Assembly: GCA_965262725.1 (NCBI GenBank)
Contig: OZ253555.1
Coordinates: forward strand, 800,001-864,000
Reading direction: 5' to 3'
Length of the DNA: 64,000 nt
Source of the DNA: Dehalococcoidia bacterium
GTDB lineage: Bacteria > Chloroflexota > Dehalococcoidia > UBA2979
Under the pieces are notes generated by a model. The model did not search any database. It was not told where the DNA came from and was given only the letters and a program-made list of their open reading frames with translations. Shown piece by piece: positions 18,207-27,213 of this stretch. The position numbers and the translations under genes are program-made. The stretch's first letter is position 1. The number at the start of each line of letters is the position of its first letter.

Positions 18207-18638
18207 TCAGCCCCCGGCCTCCGCCTCGGTGGCGGCCCTCTGTCGCGCCTCCCGGCGGTCGAGCCACGGCATGACCGCGTTCAGCAGCACCTCCCACGCG
18301 ACGGCGAGGTTGAGGAGGAGGAAGCTCACCACGCCGACCCACTTGAATACGGTCGCGAGCGCGGTCGTCCCGTCGCCCGTTCGGTGCAGCCAGTTGACGG
18401 CGATCACCATCAGCACGATGAGAGCGAGCAGCCCGAGCACGGCGTCCCAGCGGCGGATGAAGCGGCTGAGAAGGGCGATCACGGCCGCCCCGATGGCGAT
18501 GTTCTGCGAGAGCCCCGCCAGCAGCACGGTGTGACGGTGATCCCAGAGCTCGTACGAGGCGAGGAAGAGTAGGAAGAGGAGGGGCCCGCCGAGCGTGGCG
18601 ATGGCGATGCCCACCAGATCCCGTCGTGTGAACCGCAT
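18207..18638 (-). CDS. Hypothetical 4-TM membrane protein
   Basis: Four hydrophobic segments and a charged C-terminal tail. Confidence 0.7.
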   Translation of the reverse strand: MRFTRRDLVGIAIATLGGPLLFLLFLASYELWDHRHTVLLAGLSQNIAIGAAVIALLSRFIRRWDAVLGLLALIVLMVIAVNWLHRTGDGTTALATVFKWVGVVSFLLLNLAVAWEVLLNAVMPWLDRREARQRAATEAEAGG

Positions 18639-18765
18639 CCGCGCCCCCTGCCGGCTCCGGCCCTTCCACGTGCGTTCGGTCCGCCGGCCCGATGGTAGCG
18701 CGATTCGCCGGAGGGTGGAGCACGCTGTGCGCCCCGCCGACGTCCGACGGCCGCCGCTCTGCGGT

Positions 18766-19545
18766 CTAGATGTTCGAGCGCGACTGGCCCCCGTCGACGT
18801 TGAGGGCCGCGCCCATCACCCACGAGGCTCGCGGCGAGGCGAGGAAGACCGCCGCCTGGGCCACCTCCTCCGGCCGACCGAAGCGCCCCGCGGGAATCTC
18901 CCGCTCGACGAACTCCCGCATCGCCTCCGGCTCCCTTCGCAGCCGTTCGCCCCAGGAGCCGCCCTCGAAGGCGATGGAGCCCGGCGCCACGACGTTGACG
19001 CGGATGCCCGCCTTGGCCCAGGCGAGCGCGTAGGCCTTGCTCGCGGCGATGAGCGCGGACTTCGTCGCGTTGTACGCCGCCGATCCGCCCGCCTCGCGGC
19101 CGTAGATCGAGGCCACGTTCACGATGGCGGCGCCGCCCGGGCGCTCGGCGGCGCGGCGCGCGAGGTGGGGGTGGCAGAGTTCCATCAGCCGTACCGGGGC
19201 GAGCAGGTTCGTCTCGTACGAGCGTCCCCACCTCTCGTCGAGCCCGTCGTCGCGGAAGGATCCGCCCGCGTTGTTAACGAGCACGTCGACGCCGCCGAGC
19301 CGGGCGGCGGCGGTCTGGACCAGGCGGTCGCAGTCGGCCGGGTCGGTGACGTCGGCGGCGATCGGGATCGCCTCGGGCGCGCCGGCTGCCCGCACGCGCT
19401 CCGCGGCGGCATCGAGCGCGGCGGAGTCCCGCGCACAGAGGGCGAGGCGGGCGCCCTCGCCCGCCAGCGCCTCGGCGATGGCGAGGCCGATGCCGCGGCT
19501 GGCGCCGGTCACGATAGCGGCGGCGCCAGCCAGTCCGAGATCCAT
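18766..19545 (-). CDS. Short-chain dehydrogenase/reductase
   Basis: Start MDLGL, then TGASRGIG, VNNAGG, YNATK and VDGG. Confidence 0.92.
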   Translation of the reverse strand: MDLGLAGAAAIVTGASRGIGLAIAEALAGEGARLALCARDSAALDAAAERVRAAGAPEAIPIAADVTDPADCDRLVQTAAARLGGVDVLVNNAGGSFRDDGLDERWGRSYETNLLAPVRLMELCHPHLARRAAERPGGAAIVNVASIYGREAGGSAAYNATKSALIAASKAYALAWAKAGIRVNVVAPGSIAFEGGSWGERLRREPEAMREFVEREIPAGRFGRPEEVAQAAVFLASPRASWVMGAALNVDGGQSRSNI

Positions 19546-19666
19546 GACCGCCCCCTTCTCTCCCGCCCGTAGGCCGGCGCGGCGAGCGGTGCGATCGTGG
19601 CGGGAGGGGCCGGCGGCGTCCACCCCGCGGCCTCCCGGTGCTACGGTTTTGGGGAAGGGGGCTCGC

Positions 19667-20446
19667 ATGAGCGGCGGGACCACGTCTCAGGCGGTGCGTG
19701 TGTCGGTCGAGGACGGCGTCGCGACGATGGCGCTCGGCCCGCCCGGCTGCCGCTTCGATCGCGCGACGCTCGACGCGATCGCGGCGACGTGCGCCTCGCT
19801 CGCGGACGAGCGGGATCAGGTCCACGTCGTCGTCGTCGCGGCATCGGGCGCGGATCTCGGTCTCGGCTGGGGGCCGGACGCCGTGGCCGGGACGGACCCC
19901 CGCAGGGCAGGCGCGCCGCTCGGCGCGGCGTTCGAGGTTTTGGCGGAGTTGCCGCAGCCGACCGTCTGCGCAATGCGGGGGCGCGCGTTCTCCGCCGGGC
20001 TCGAGCTGGCGCTCGCCTGCGATCTACGCATCGCCGAGCAGGGCTCCCGCTTCGCGTTTCCTGATGTCGCCGACGGCCGCGTCCCGCGCGGCGGGGGCAC
20101 GCAGCGCCTGCCGCGGGCCGTCGGGATCTCGCAGGCGCTGCGGCTCCTCCTGACCGCCGAGGAGATCGACGCCGACGAGGCGCTGCGCATCGGGCTCGTC
20201 TCGGAGGTCGCCCCGGCGGGCGCGGCGGCCTCGGCCGCTCGGGCCGTCGCGTGCCGCATCGCCTCGCGCGGCCCCGTGGCGATCCGCTTCGCGAAGGAGG
20301 CGGTGGCGCGGGGAATCGAGCTGCCCCTCCCCCAGGCGCTGCGCCTGGAGCACGATCTCACCGTTCTGCTGCAGGCGACGGCGGACCGCGAGGAGGGCGT
20401 CCGGGCCTTCCTCGAGCGCCGCCCCCCGCGCTTCGAGGGCCGCTAG
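19667..20446 (+). CDS. Enoyl-CoA hydratase/isomerase-family protein, divergent
   Basis: AGLELALACDLR, GGTQRLPR and REEGVRAFLERRPPRF are present. The oxyanion loop reads DLGLGWG and the usual PE reads PD. Confidence 0.85.
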   Translation: MSGGTTSQAVRVSVEDGVATMALGPPGCRFDRATLDAIAATCASLADERDQVHVVVVAASGADLGLGWGPDAVAGTDPRRAGAPLGAAFEVLAELPQPTVCAMRGRAFSAGLELALACDLRIAEQGSRFAFPDVADGRVPRGGGTQRLPRAVGISQALRLLLTAEEIDADEALRIGLVSEVAPAGAAASAARAVACRIASRGPVAIRFAKEAVARGIELPLPQALRLEHDLTVLLQATADREEGVRAFLERRPPRFEGR

Positions 20447-20504
20447 GGGATGGCGGCACACAGGCGCGTGCTGCGGTGCGTCCGGGCGGCCACGGGAGGA
20501 CGGG

Positions 20505-21239
20505 GTGGCTAGCGGCGTCGCCCTCGATCGCCGGGACGACGCGCTCTGGGTGCGGCTCGACCGGCCGGAGAAGCTGAACGCGATCAACCTCGAGCTGCGC
20601 GACGCGTTGTGGGAAGCGCTGACGCTCGTGCGCGACGACCCGACACTCCGCGTCGTCGTCTTCGAGGGAGCGGGGGAGCGGGCCTTCAGCGCCGGCGCCG
20701 ATATCTCCGAGTTCGGCACCGCCCCCTCGTTGCTCGACGCGCGTGCTGCGCGCCTTCGGCGCGACATCTGGGGCCTGCTCGGCGCGCTCGACCTCCCCCT
20801 CGTCGCCGCGCTCCACGGCGTCGTCTTCGGAGCCGGCCTCGAGCTGGCGCTCGCCTGCGATCTGCGCGTCGCCGCAGAGGACGCCCTGCTCGCGCTTCCG
20901 GAGGTGGGCCTCGGCTACATCCCCTCGGCGGGCGGCACGCAGCTGCTGCCGCGCCATCTCCCGGCCGGCGAGGCGGCGCGCATGATCCTGACGGGCGATC
21001 CGATCGACGCGGAGCGCGCGTATGCGCTCGGTCTCGTGCACGCTGTCGTGTCGCCGGCCGAGCTCGCCGAGGCCGCGGGTGTGTGGGCGGCGCGTCTGGC
21101 CACGGCCGATCCGCTCGCCCTGCGCCTGACGAAGCGCGCGGTCCTCTCCGGCAGCGACCTCCCCCTCGGAGAGGGGATCGCGCTGGAGCGCCGGCTCGCC
21201 GCGGTCGCGTCGGCGACGAGCCCTCGGCGGGGCCCGTGA
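20505..21239 (+). CDS. Enoyl-CoA hydratase/isomerase
   Basis: RPEKLNAI, AFSAGADI, GAGLELALACD and LPEVGLG, with both catalytic glutamates. Confidence 0.9.
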   Translation: MASGVALDRRDDALWVRLDRPEKLNAINLELRDALWEALTLVRDDPTLRVVVFEGAGERAFSAGADISEFGTAPSLLDARAARLRRDIWGLLGALDLPLVAALHGVVFGAGLELALACDLRVAAEDALLALPEVGLGYIPSAGGTQLLPRHLPAGEAARMILTGDPIDAERAYALGLVHAVVSPAELAEAAGVWAARLATADPLALRLTKRAVLSGSDLPLGEGIALERRLAAVASATSPRRGP

Positions 21240-21766
21240 GTGCCGGCGCGCCGGAGGGCGTCCCGGGCCCGCCCGCCGCCAGCGGGTGGCGGGCGGTGCC
21301 GGAGCGGCTCCGCCGGATTGCGTGGGGCCCCCTCGCGCTCCTTCTGGTCTCGGCGATCGCGGTCGGGACGGTGATCGTGGGCAACGTCCGCGGTCCGGGG
21401 ATCACGGTGCGCTACGTCGATGCCGGGCCGCTCTCCGACTACGAGGTGGCGAAGGTCGTCTTCCTGCCGGCCGAGAATATCTACGTGGTCGGCCTTGCCG
21501 ACGGCCGGCTGCGCGCCGTCGATGGCGAGGTGGAGGGCTCCCGGTGCTCCGTGCGCTACCTGCCGGAGGACGGGCGCGGCCGTGCGCGCAACCCGCTCGG
21601 CGTCAGCGGCGTCTTCGAGGATCCCTGCGCGGGCTCGCTCTGGGCGGTGACCGGGGATGGGCTCGCCGGGGAGGCGGAGCCGCTGCGCACGCGCTTCGTG
21701 TGGATCAGGACGGCCGAGGACGGTGTGCAGCACGTCTTCGTGGAGGTAGCCGACGTGGATCGTTAG
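21236..21766 (+). CDS. Membrane-anchored Rieske-fold-like protein lacking canonical Fe-S ligands
   Basis: GTG overlaps the crotonase stop. One TM. AVDGEVEGSRC...FEDPCAGSLW..TG aligns with the Rieske pattern ALSxxCTHLGC...FxCPCHGSxF. Confidence 0.6.
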   Translation: MSAGAPEGVPGPPAASGWRAVPERLRRIAWGPLALLLVSAIAVGTVIVGNVRGPGITVRYVDAGPLSDYEVAKVVFLPAENIYVVGLADGRLRAVDGEVEGSRCSVRYLPEDGRGRARNPLGVSGVFEDPCAGSLWAVTGDGLAGEAEPLRTRFVWIRTAEDGVQHVFVEVADVDR

Positions 21767-21879
21767 CCGAGGCGGCCCCCTCCGGTGGTCTCGTCGCGAT
21801 TGACCGGCCTCGGTATAGTTGCGCGGCTCTGCGGTCGAGCAGGCGCGATGCGGCGGGGGAGAACGGCAGGGGGTGAGGG

Positions 21880-22359
21880 CTGGCGACGCCGCACGAGCAG
21901 CCGACTGGCGTCAAGCCCGGCTGTCTTGTCGCAGGGGGGCTCTTCGTCGCCGGCGCGCTGGCAGCGATCGTCGTCGTCGCGCTGCTTCCGCTCCTCGACG
22001 ACGGCGCGATCGATCTCGGGCGCATCGACGGCTATCGGCCCGGCTCGGTGGTGTACCGCGCCACGGACGGCTTGTACGTGGTGCGCTCCGCGGAGGGGGA
22101 GCTGCTGGCACTGTCGGACGTCGACCCCCACAACCGGCCGGCGCGGAGCGACTGCCGGGTGACGTTCCGCCCTGATCTCGCCCCCGCGGCGGGCGTCGCC
22201 GGGGCGACGGGAGTGGGTGTCTTCTTTGATGCCTGCACTGGATCGATGTATGACATCTCCGGGCGGGGGCTGTCGGGAGACGGGTTCGACCTCAGGCGGA
22301 TCGAGATCGAGCGTTCCGGCGACTCCTTCTCGGTGTCGCCGGAGGCGATCCAGGAGTAG
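21880..22359 (+). CDS. Second membrane-anchored Rieske-fold-like protein (probable CTG start)
   Basis: The frame is open from TGA 21874-21876 and adds an N-terminal TM (CLVAGGLFVAGALAAIVVVALL) missed by the ORF track. Motifs are ALSDVDPHN..DC and FFDACTGSMYDISG. Confidence 0.65.
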   Translation: MATPHEQPTGVKPGCLVAGGLFVAGALAAIVVVALLPLLDDGAIDLGRIDGYRPGSVVYRATDGLYVVRSAEGELLALSDVDPHNRPARSDCRVTFRPDLAPAAGVAGATGVGVFFDACTGSMYDISGRGLSGDGFDLRRIEIERSGDSFSVSPEAIQE

Positions 22360-22392
22360 CCTCGCCGCGCCCCTCGAGGGCGAAGGGAGACG

Positions 22393-23946
22393 ATGAACAC
22401 CGCGGATTTCCTCACCATCACGGCGGGGAGCGTGCCGGATCGGGTCGCGGTGAGCGACCCCGACGAGAACGTGACGTATCCGACATTGCTCGAGCGCGCC
22501 CAGCGGCTCGCGCACGCTTTCGCCGATCTGGGCGTTGGCAAGGGGCACAACGTCGGCGCGATGTCGGTGAACAGTGCCGCGTTCCCGGAGATCTACTACG
22601 CGACGGCGATGGTTGGCGCGACCTTCGTGCCCCTCAACTACCGGGCGCGGTCCGACGAGCTCGAGTACATGCTCTCGGCGGCGGACGTGAACGTGCTCTT
22701 CGTTGCGGGGCGCTACTCCCCGCTGCTCGGAAGCGTGAGGCCATCCCTCCCCGGCCTTGAGCACGTCTTCGGGCTCGATTTCACCCCCGACGGCGGGGAG
22801 ACGCTCCCCGAGCTGCGCGAGAGGGGCGCTGCGGAGCCGTTCTATCGGGAGGTCGACGACGCGGACCCCGTTCTCATCATTTACACCTCGGGGACAACGG
22901 CTCAGCCGAAGGGCGTCGTGCTAACCCACAAGACCCTCACCGCCTACGTCATCAACACGCAGGCCCCGGCGGACCCCTCCGCTCAGCAGGAGGTCACGCT
23001 CGTCTCCGTCCCGTTCTTTCATATCGCCGGGGCGACGACGATGCTGGGATCGGTCTGGTCGGGACGGCGGCTCGCGATCCTGCCGCAGTTCAACCCGCAG
23101 GACTGGCTCGAGACCGTCGAGCGCGAGCGCGTCACGCACGCCTTCGTGGTCCCGACGATGCTCAAGCGCCTCATGGAAGTTGACGACTTCGACCGCTTCG
23201 ACCTCTCCTCGCTCCAGCTCATCACCTACGGTGCCGCGCCGATGCCCTTCGAGGTCGTCCGCCGTGCCTGCGAGGTCTTCGACTGCGGCCTGATGAACGC
23301 CTACGGGCAGACCGAGTCGACCTCGACCCTCACGTACCTCTCCCCGGACGATCACCGGCTCGACGGCACGCCGGAGCAGGTCGAGCGCAAGCTGGAGCGG
23401 CTCCGCTCCGTCGGGCGCCCGATGCCCGATCTCGATGTCGCCGTGCTGGCGCCGGACGGTCGCCGACTTCCGGCCGGCGAGGAGGGCGAGATCTGCGTCC
23501 GGGGCGACCGCGTTATGCGCGAGTACCAGGGACGCGGCGAGGAGACGGCCGCGGCGCTTGCCCAGGGCTGGCTGCACACGGGCGACGTCGGTCGTTTCGA
23601 TGAGGACGGGTATCTCTTCATCACCGGTCGCGTGAAGGACATGATCATCCGAGGCGGCGAGAACATCGCGCCGGCGGAGATCGAGCAGGTGCTGGAGGAT
23701 CACCCCGCCGTCGCCGAGGCCGCCGTGATCGGCGTGTCCGACGTGGAGTGGGGCGAGATCGTGAAGGCGGTTCTCGTGCCCGTTTGGGGCGCGGAGGCAG
23801 GGGAGGCCGAGCTCACGGAGTACGTGAAGAGCCGCCTCGCCTCCTACAAGGCGCCGGCGCTCTATGAATGGGTGTCGGAGCTGCCGCGCAACCACCTCGG
23901 GAAGATCCTGAAGAACGAACTGCGCGGGGAGTCCACGACGGGCTAG
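22393..23946 (+). CDS. Acyl-CoA synthetase / AMP-forming ligase (FadD-like)
   Basis: IIYTSGTTAQPKG, YGQTE, WLHTGD, GRVKDMIIRGGEN and LPRNHLGKILK. Confidence 0.93.
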   Translation: MNTADFLTITAGSVPDRVAVSDPDENVTYPTLLERAQRLAHAFADLGVGKGHNVGAMSVNSAAFPEIYYATAMVGATFVPLNYRARSDELEYMLSAADVNVLFVAGRYSPLLGSVRPSLPGLEHVFGLDFTPDGGETLPELRERGAAEPFYREVDDADPVLIIYTSGTTAQPKGVVLTHKTLTAYVINTQAPADPSAQQEVTLVSVPFFHIAGATTMLGSVWSGRRLAILPQFNPQDWLETVERERVTHAFVVPTMLKRLMEVDDFDRFDLSSLQLITYGAAPMPFEVVRRACEVFDCGLMNAYGQTESTSTLTYLSPDDHRLDGTPEQVERKLERLRSVGRPMPDLDVAVLAPDGRRLPAGEEGEICVRGDRVMREYQGRGEETAAALAQGWLHTGDVGRFDEDGYLFITGRVKDMIIRGGENIAPAEIEQVLEDHPAVAEAAVIGVSDVEWGEIVKAVLVPVWGAEAGEAELTEYVKSRLASYKAPALYEWVSELPRNHLGKILKNELRGESTTG

Positions 23947-23949
23947 CGA

Positions 23950-23981
23950 ATCCCCCGCTCGGCCCGGGCCGAGCGGGGGAT
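23950..23981. repeat. Perfect 32-bp palindrome (hairpin) between the ligase and the Fe-S oxidoreductase
   Basis: ATCCCCCGCTCGGCCC followed by GGGCCGAGCGGGGGAT, with no U-tract. Confidence 0.85.
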
Positions 23982-24009
23982 CGAGCAGGGGTTAGAGAGG
24001 GAGCGCGAG

Positions 24010-26262
24010 ATGCAGGACGCCTCCGCGGCGATTTCGGGCGGCGAGCTCTCGGCCGATGGACGGGCCGGCGCGCCGGCGATGACGGTGCGCCGCAGCCTCG
24101 ACCGGCTGTGGGGCCCGGCGGCGGCGATCGCGGGTGCGGGGCTGATCGCCGCGGCCGCGGTCGCGGCCGCCGTCGCCACTGAGGCGCCGAACGCCGATCG
24201 CGAGATCTTCTTCAACGTCAGCCAGGCGTGGGCTGTCTATGTCTTCCTCGCCGCGCTCACGGGGCTCCTCGTCTACGGCTTCGGGCGGCACGCAACGCTG
24301 TGGGCGCTTGGGCAGCCGGTTCCCGGCGTCTTCGAGGGGATCGGGCGGCGGCTCTGGAACGCGGTCCGCCTCGGGCTGGCGCAGGATCGCCTGCGCCGGG
24401 ACCGCTACGCCGGGATCGCGCACTGGGCGATCTTCTCCTCGATCGTCGTCCTGACCGCCGTCACCGCTCAGGTTGCGCTTCAGGACGACACCCCCCTGGA
24501 CTTCCTGCGGGGCGACTACTACCTCTTCTTCTCCTTCTACGGCGATCTCTTCGGGCTCATCGGGCTCATCGGCGTCGGGATGATGATCTACCGACGCTAC
24601 TTCGACGACTTCGCCCGCGTGCGCTGGGATGAGCGTCTCGAGGATCACCTGATCCTGTTCGGGCTCGCCCTCGTGCTGGTGACGGGCTTCGTGGTCGAGG
24701 CTATGCGCATCACCGCCGACGAGCTGGTGGCGCACCCGGATTGGGCTCGCTGGTCCTTCGTCTCCTGGGGCCTCGCCGAGCTTCTCCACCTCTTCGAGTT
24801 CCGTGAGGATCACCTGCTGACGGCGCACCGCCTCGCCTGGTGGACCCACGTCGCGCTCGCCTTCGGATGGCTCGCGCTGATCGTCTTCACCAAGCTCGAT
24901 CACATCGTCTTCGCACCCATCAACGCCTATCTGTTGCGCAGCGACGCTCCCGGGCGCCTTACCACCATCGAGAACATCGAGGAGCGTGAGGTCTTCGGCG
25001 TCGGCCAGATCCAGGACTTCACCTGGAAGCAGCTCTTCGAGCTCGACGCCTGCGTCCGCTGTGGGCGCTGCACCGCCGTTTGCCCGGCCAACATCGCGGG
25101 GCAACCGCTCTCGCCGATGCACCTGATCCAGGATCTCAAGGCTCACCTCGCCGAGGTGGGGCCCGCCCTGCAGCGCGTCGGTCACGAGGGCGGCGATGTC
25201 CGCTCGGTGTCGCCGGTGGAGATGGTCGGCGAGGTGATACGCGACGAGACGCTGTGGGCCTGCCGCACCTGCGGCGCCTGCGTGCAGGAGTGCCCGGTGC
25301 TCATCGAGCACGTCCCGACGATCGTCGACATGCGGCGCTACCTCGTGATGGACGAGGCGCGCGTCCCGCAGACGGCGCAGGCGGCTCTCGAGAACATGGA
25401 GACGCGGGGCCACCCCTGGCGCGGGACCGCGCTGGAGCGTACCAGCTGGATGGAGGGCCTCGGCGACGTCCCGATCTTCGACGGCTCGCAGGAGTACCTC
25501 TACTGGGTCGGCTGCTCCGGCTCGCTGGTGGAGCGCAACCTGCCGATCACGCAGTCCGTCTTCCGCCTCCTGCGGGAGTCTGGCTCCTCCTTCGGCGTGC
25601 TGGGGCAGGAGGAGACCTGCAACGGCGACCCGGCCCGACGCCTGGGCAACGAGTACCTCTACCAGATACTCGCGCAGCAGCTCGTGGAGACGTTCCAGCA
25701 GAAGGGCGTGCAGAAGGTCATCACCAACTGTCCACACTGCTTCAACACCTTCAAGAATGAGTACCCGCAGTGGGGCGCTCACTTCGAGGTGCTGCACCAC
25801 ACGGAGTTCCTCGCCCAGGCGCTCTCCGAGGGTTCGCTCACCGCGACGCACGAGGTGGACACGAGCGTCACCTACCACGACTCCTGCTACCTCGGCCGGC
25901 TGAACGGCGTCTACGAGGCGCCGCGCGAGATCCTCGCCGTCATCCCCGGCGCATCGGTGAGCGAGATGGAGCGCTCCCGCAGCCGCGGGCTCTGCTGCGG
26001 CGCGGGCGGCGGCAACATGTGGCAGGAGGAGATCGGCGAGCGGCGCGTCAACCACGTCCGCTCCGAGGAGGCGATCGCCACCGGCGCCGGCGAGGTGATC
26101 TCCAACTGCCCGTTCTGCATCCAGATGTTCGAGGACGGCGTTCCGGCCGTGCAGTCGGAGGAGGCGGGACGCATCCGCCCCTTCGACATCGCCGAGTTGC
26201 TCGAGCGATCCGTGCTGGGCACGGGCGCCGGGCGGGCGGACGGGGGCACGTCCTCCGAGTAG
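24010..26262 (+). CDS. FadF/EMO-like membrane Fe-S oxidoreductase (NarI-like TM region, 2x[4Fe-4S], CCG domains)
   Basis: Multi-TM region with histidines, CVRCGRCTAVCP, CRTCGACVQECP, ETCNG..CPHC, YHDSCY, CCGAGGG and CPFC. Adjacent to etfBA. Confidence 0.9.
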   Translation: MQDASAAISGGELSADGRAGAPAMTVRRSLDRLWGPAAAIAGAGLIAAAAVAAAVATEAPNADREIFFNVSQAWAVYVFLAALTGLLVYGFGRHATLWALGQPVPGVFEGIGRRLWNAVRLGLAQDRLRRDRYAGIAHWAIFSSIVVLTAVTAQVALQDDTPLDFLRGDYYLFFSFYGDLFGLIGLIGVGMMIYRRYFDDFARVRWDERLEDHLILFGLALVLVTGFVVEAMRITADELVAHPDWARWSFVSWGLAELLHLFEFREDHLLTAHRLAWWTHVALAFGWLALIVFTKLDHIVFAPINAYLLRSDAPGRLTTIENIEEREVFGVGQIQDFTWKQLFELDACVRCGRCTAVCPANIAGQPLSPMHLIQDLKAHLAEVGPALQRVGHEGGDVRSVSPVEMVGEVIRDETLWACRTCGACVQECPVLIEHVPTIVDMRRYLVMDEARVPQTAQAALENMETRGHPWRGTALERTSWMEGLGDVPIFDGSQEYLYWVGCSGSLVERNLPITQSVFRLLRESGSSFGVLGQEETCNGDPARRLGNEYLYQILAQQLVETFQQKGVQKVITNCPHCFNTFKNEYPQWGAHFEVLHHTEFLAQALSEGSLTATHEVDTSVTYHDSCYLGRLNGVYEAPREILAVIPGASVSEMERSRSRGLCCGAGGGNMWQEEIGERRVNHVRSEEAIATGAGEVISNCPFCIQMFEDGVPAVQSEEAGRIRPFDIAELLERSVLGTGAGRADGGTSSE

Positions 26263-26370
26263 TCGCGGAGCGGTGCGGCGTCGCCGCACCCGGACCGCGT
26301 CGACAAGGGGCAGGGGCGGCGCTGTCGCCCGCAGGAGGACCCGGGAGGGTCCGCGACAAGGAGCGTGCTG

Positions 26371-27174
26371 ATGCACTTCGTGGTCTGCGCCAAGCAGATT
26401 CCGGACCCGGAGACGCCGCCGTCGGCGTTCAGGATCGACGAGTCGACGAACGCCGTGGTGCCGGCGCCCGGCATCGCGCCGGTGCTCTCTCAGTTCGATG
26501 CGATCGCCGCGGAGGCGGCGCTGCGCATCAAGGAGGCGTCGGAGGACGTGAAGATCACCGTCATCTCGATGGGCCAGGAAAGCGCCCAGGCGGCGATCAA
26601 GCAGGTCCTGGCGATGGGCGCCGACGAGGGGCTGCTCCTGGACGATCCCGCTTTCCTGGGCGGCGACTCCTACACGACAGCACGGGTGCTCTCGACGGCG
26701 GTCGAAAAGCTCGGCGACGTGGATGCTGTCTTCTGCGGCCGGCAGGCCGCCGACTGGGACATGGGGCAGGTTGGCCTCGGCATCGCGACCCTGCTCGGCT
26801 GGCCCGCCGCGATCATCGCCAAGGACGTACAGGTGACGGTTGGCCGGATGGCGGCGACTCGCGTGGTGGCGGACGGCTTCGAGACGGTCGAGATGCCGCT
26901 TCCCGCCGTCGTCACCGTCTCCAACGAGCTCGGCGACCCGCGCTACCCGAAGCTGCAGCAGATCATGCGAGCGGCGCGCAAGACGGTGACGAGCTGGGGC
27001 GCGGCCGATCTCGATCTCGATCCGGCGACGGTCGGTGAGGCGGGATCGCGCCTCAAGCTCGAGCGCCTCTTCATCCCGGAGGTCGGCGGTGAGGTCGAGC
27101 TGATCGAGGGCGAGACGGTGCAGGAAAAGGCGGCGGGTCTCGTCGGGAAGCTGCGCGAGGCGAAGATCCTCTAG
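26371..27174 (+). CDS. etfB: Electron transfer flavoprotein beta subunit
   Basis: VVCAKQIPD, AMGADEG, FCGRQAADWDMGQVG and PRYP. Confidence 0.95.
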   Translation: MHFVVCAKQIPDPETPPSAFRIDESTNAVVPAPGIAPVLSQFDAIAAEAALRIKEASEDVKITVISMGQESAQAAIKQVLAMGADEGLLLDDPAFLGGDSYTTARVLSTAVEKLGDVDAVFCGRQAADWDMGQVGLGIATLLGWPAAIIAKDVQVTVGRMAATRVVADGFETVEMPLPAVVTVSNELGDPRYPKLQQIMRAARKTVTSWGAADLDLDPATVGEAGSRLKLERLFIPEVGGEVELIEGETVQEKAAGLVGKLREAKIL

Positions 27175-27213
27175 GAGCGGGCCCGGCCGAGGGCGCTCAG
27201 AAAGGACGAACGG

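Noticed and set aside
21874-21876. In-frame TGA as possible selenocysteine upstream of the second Rieske-like gene
   Set aside because: It is not at a Cys-equivalent position, the upstream frame is not protein-like, and no SECIS-like hairpin was recognised.
23992-26376. 794-aa minus-strand ORF
   Set aside because: Antisense shadow of the Fe-S oxidoreductase.
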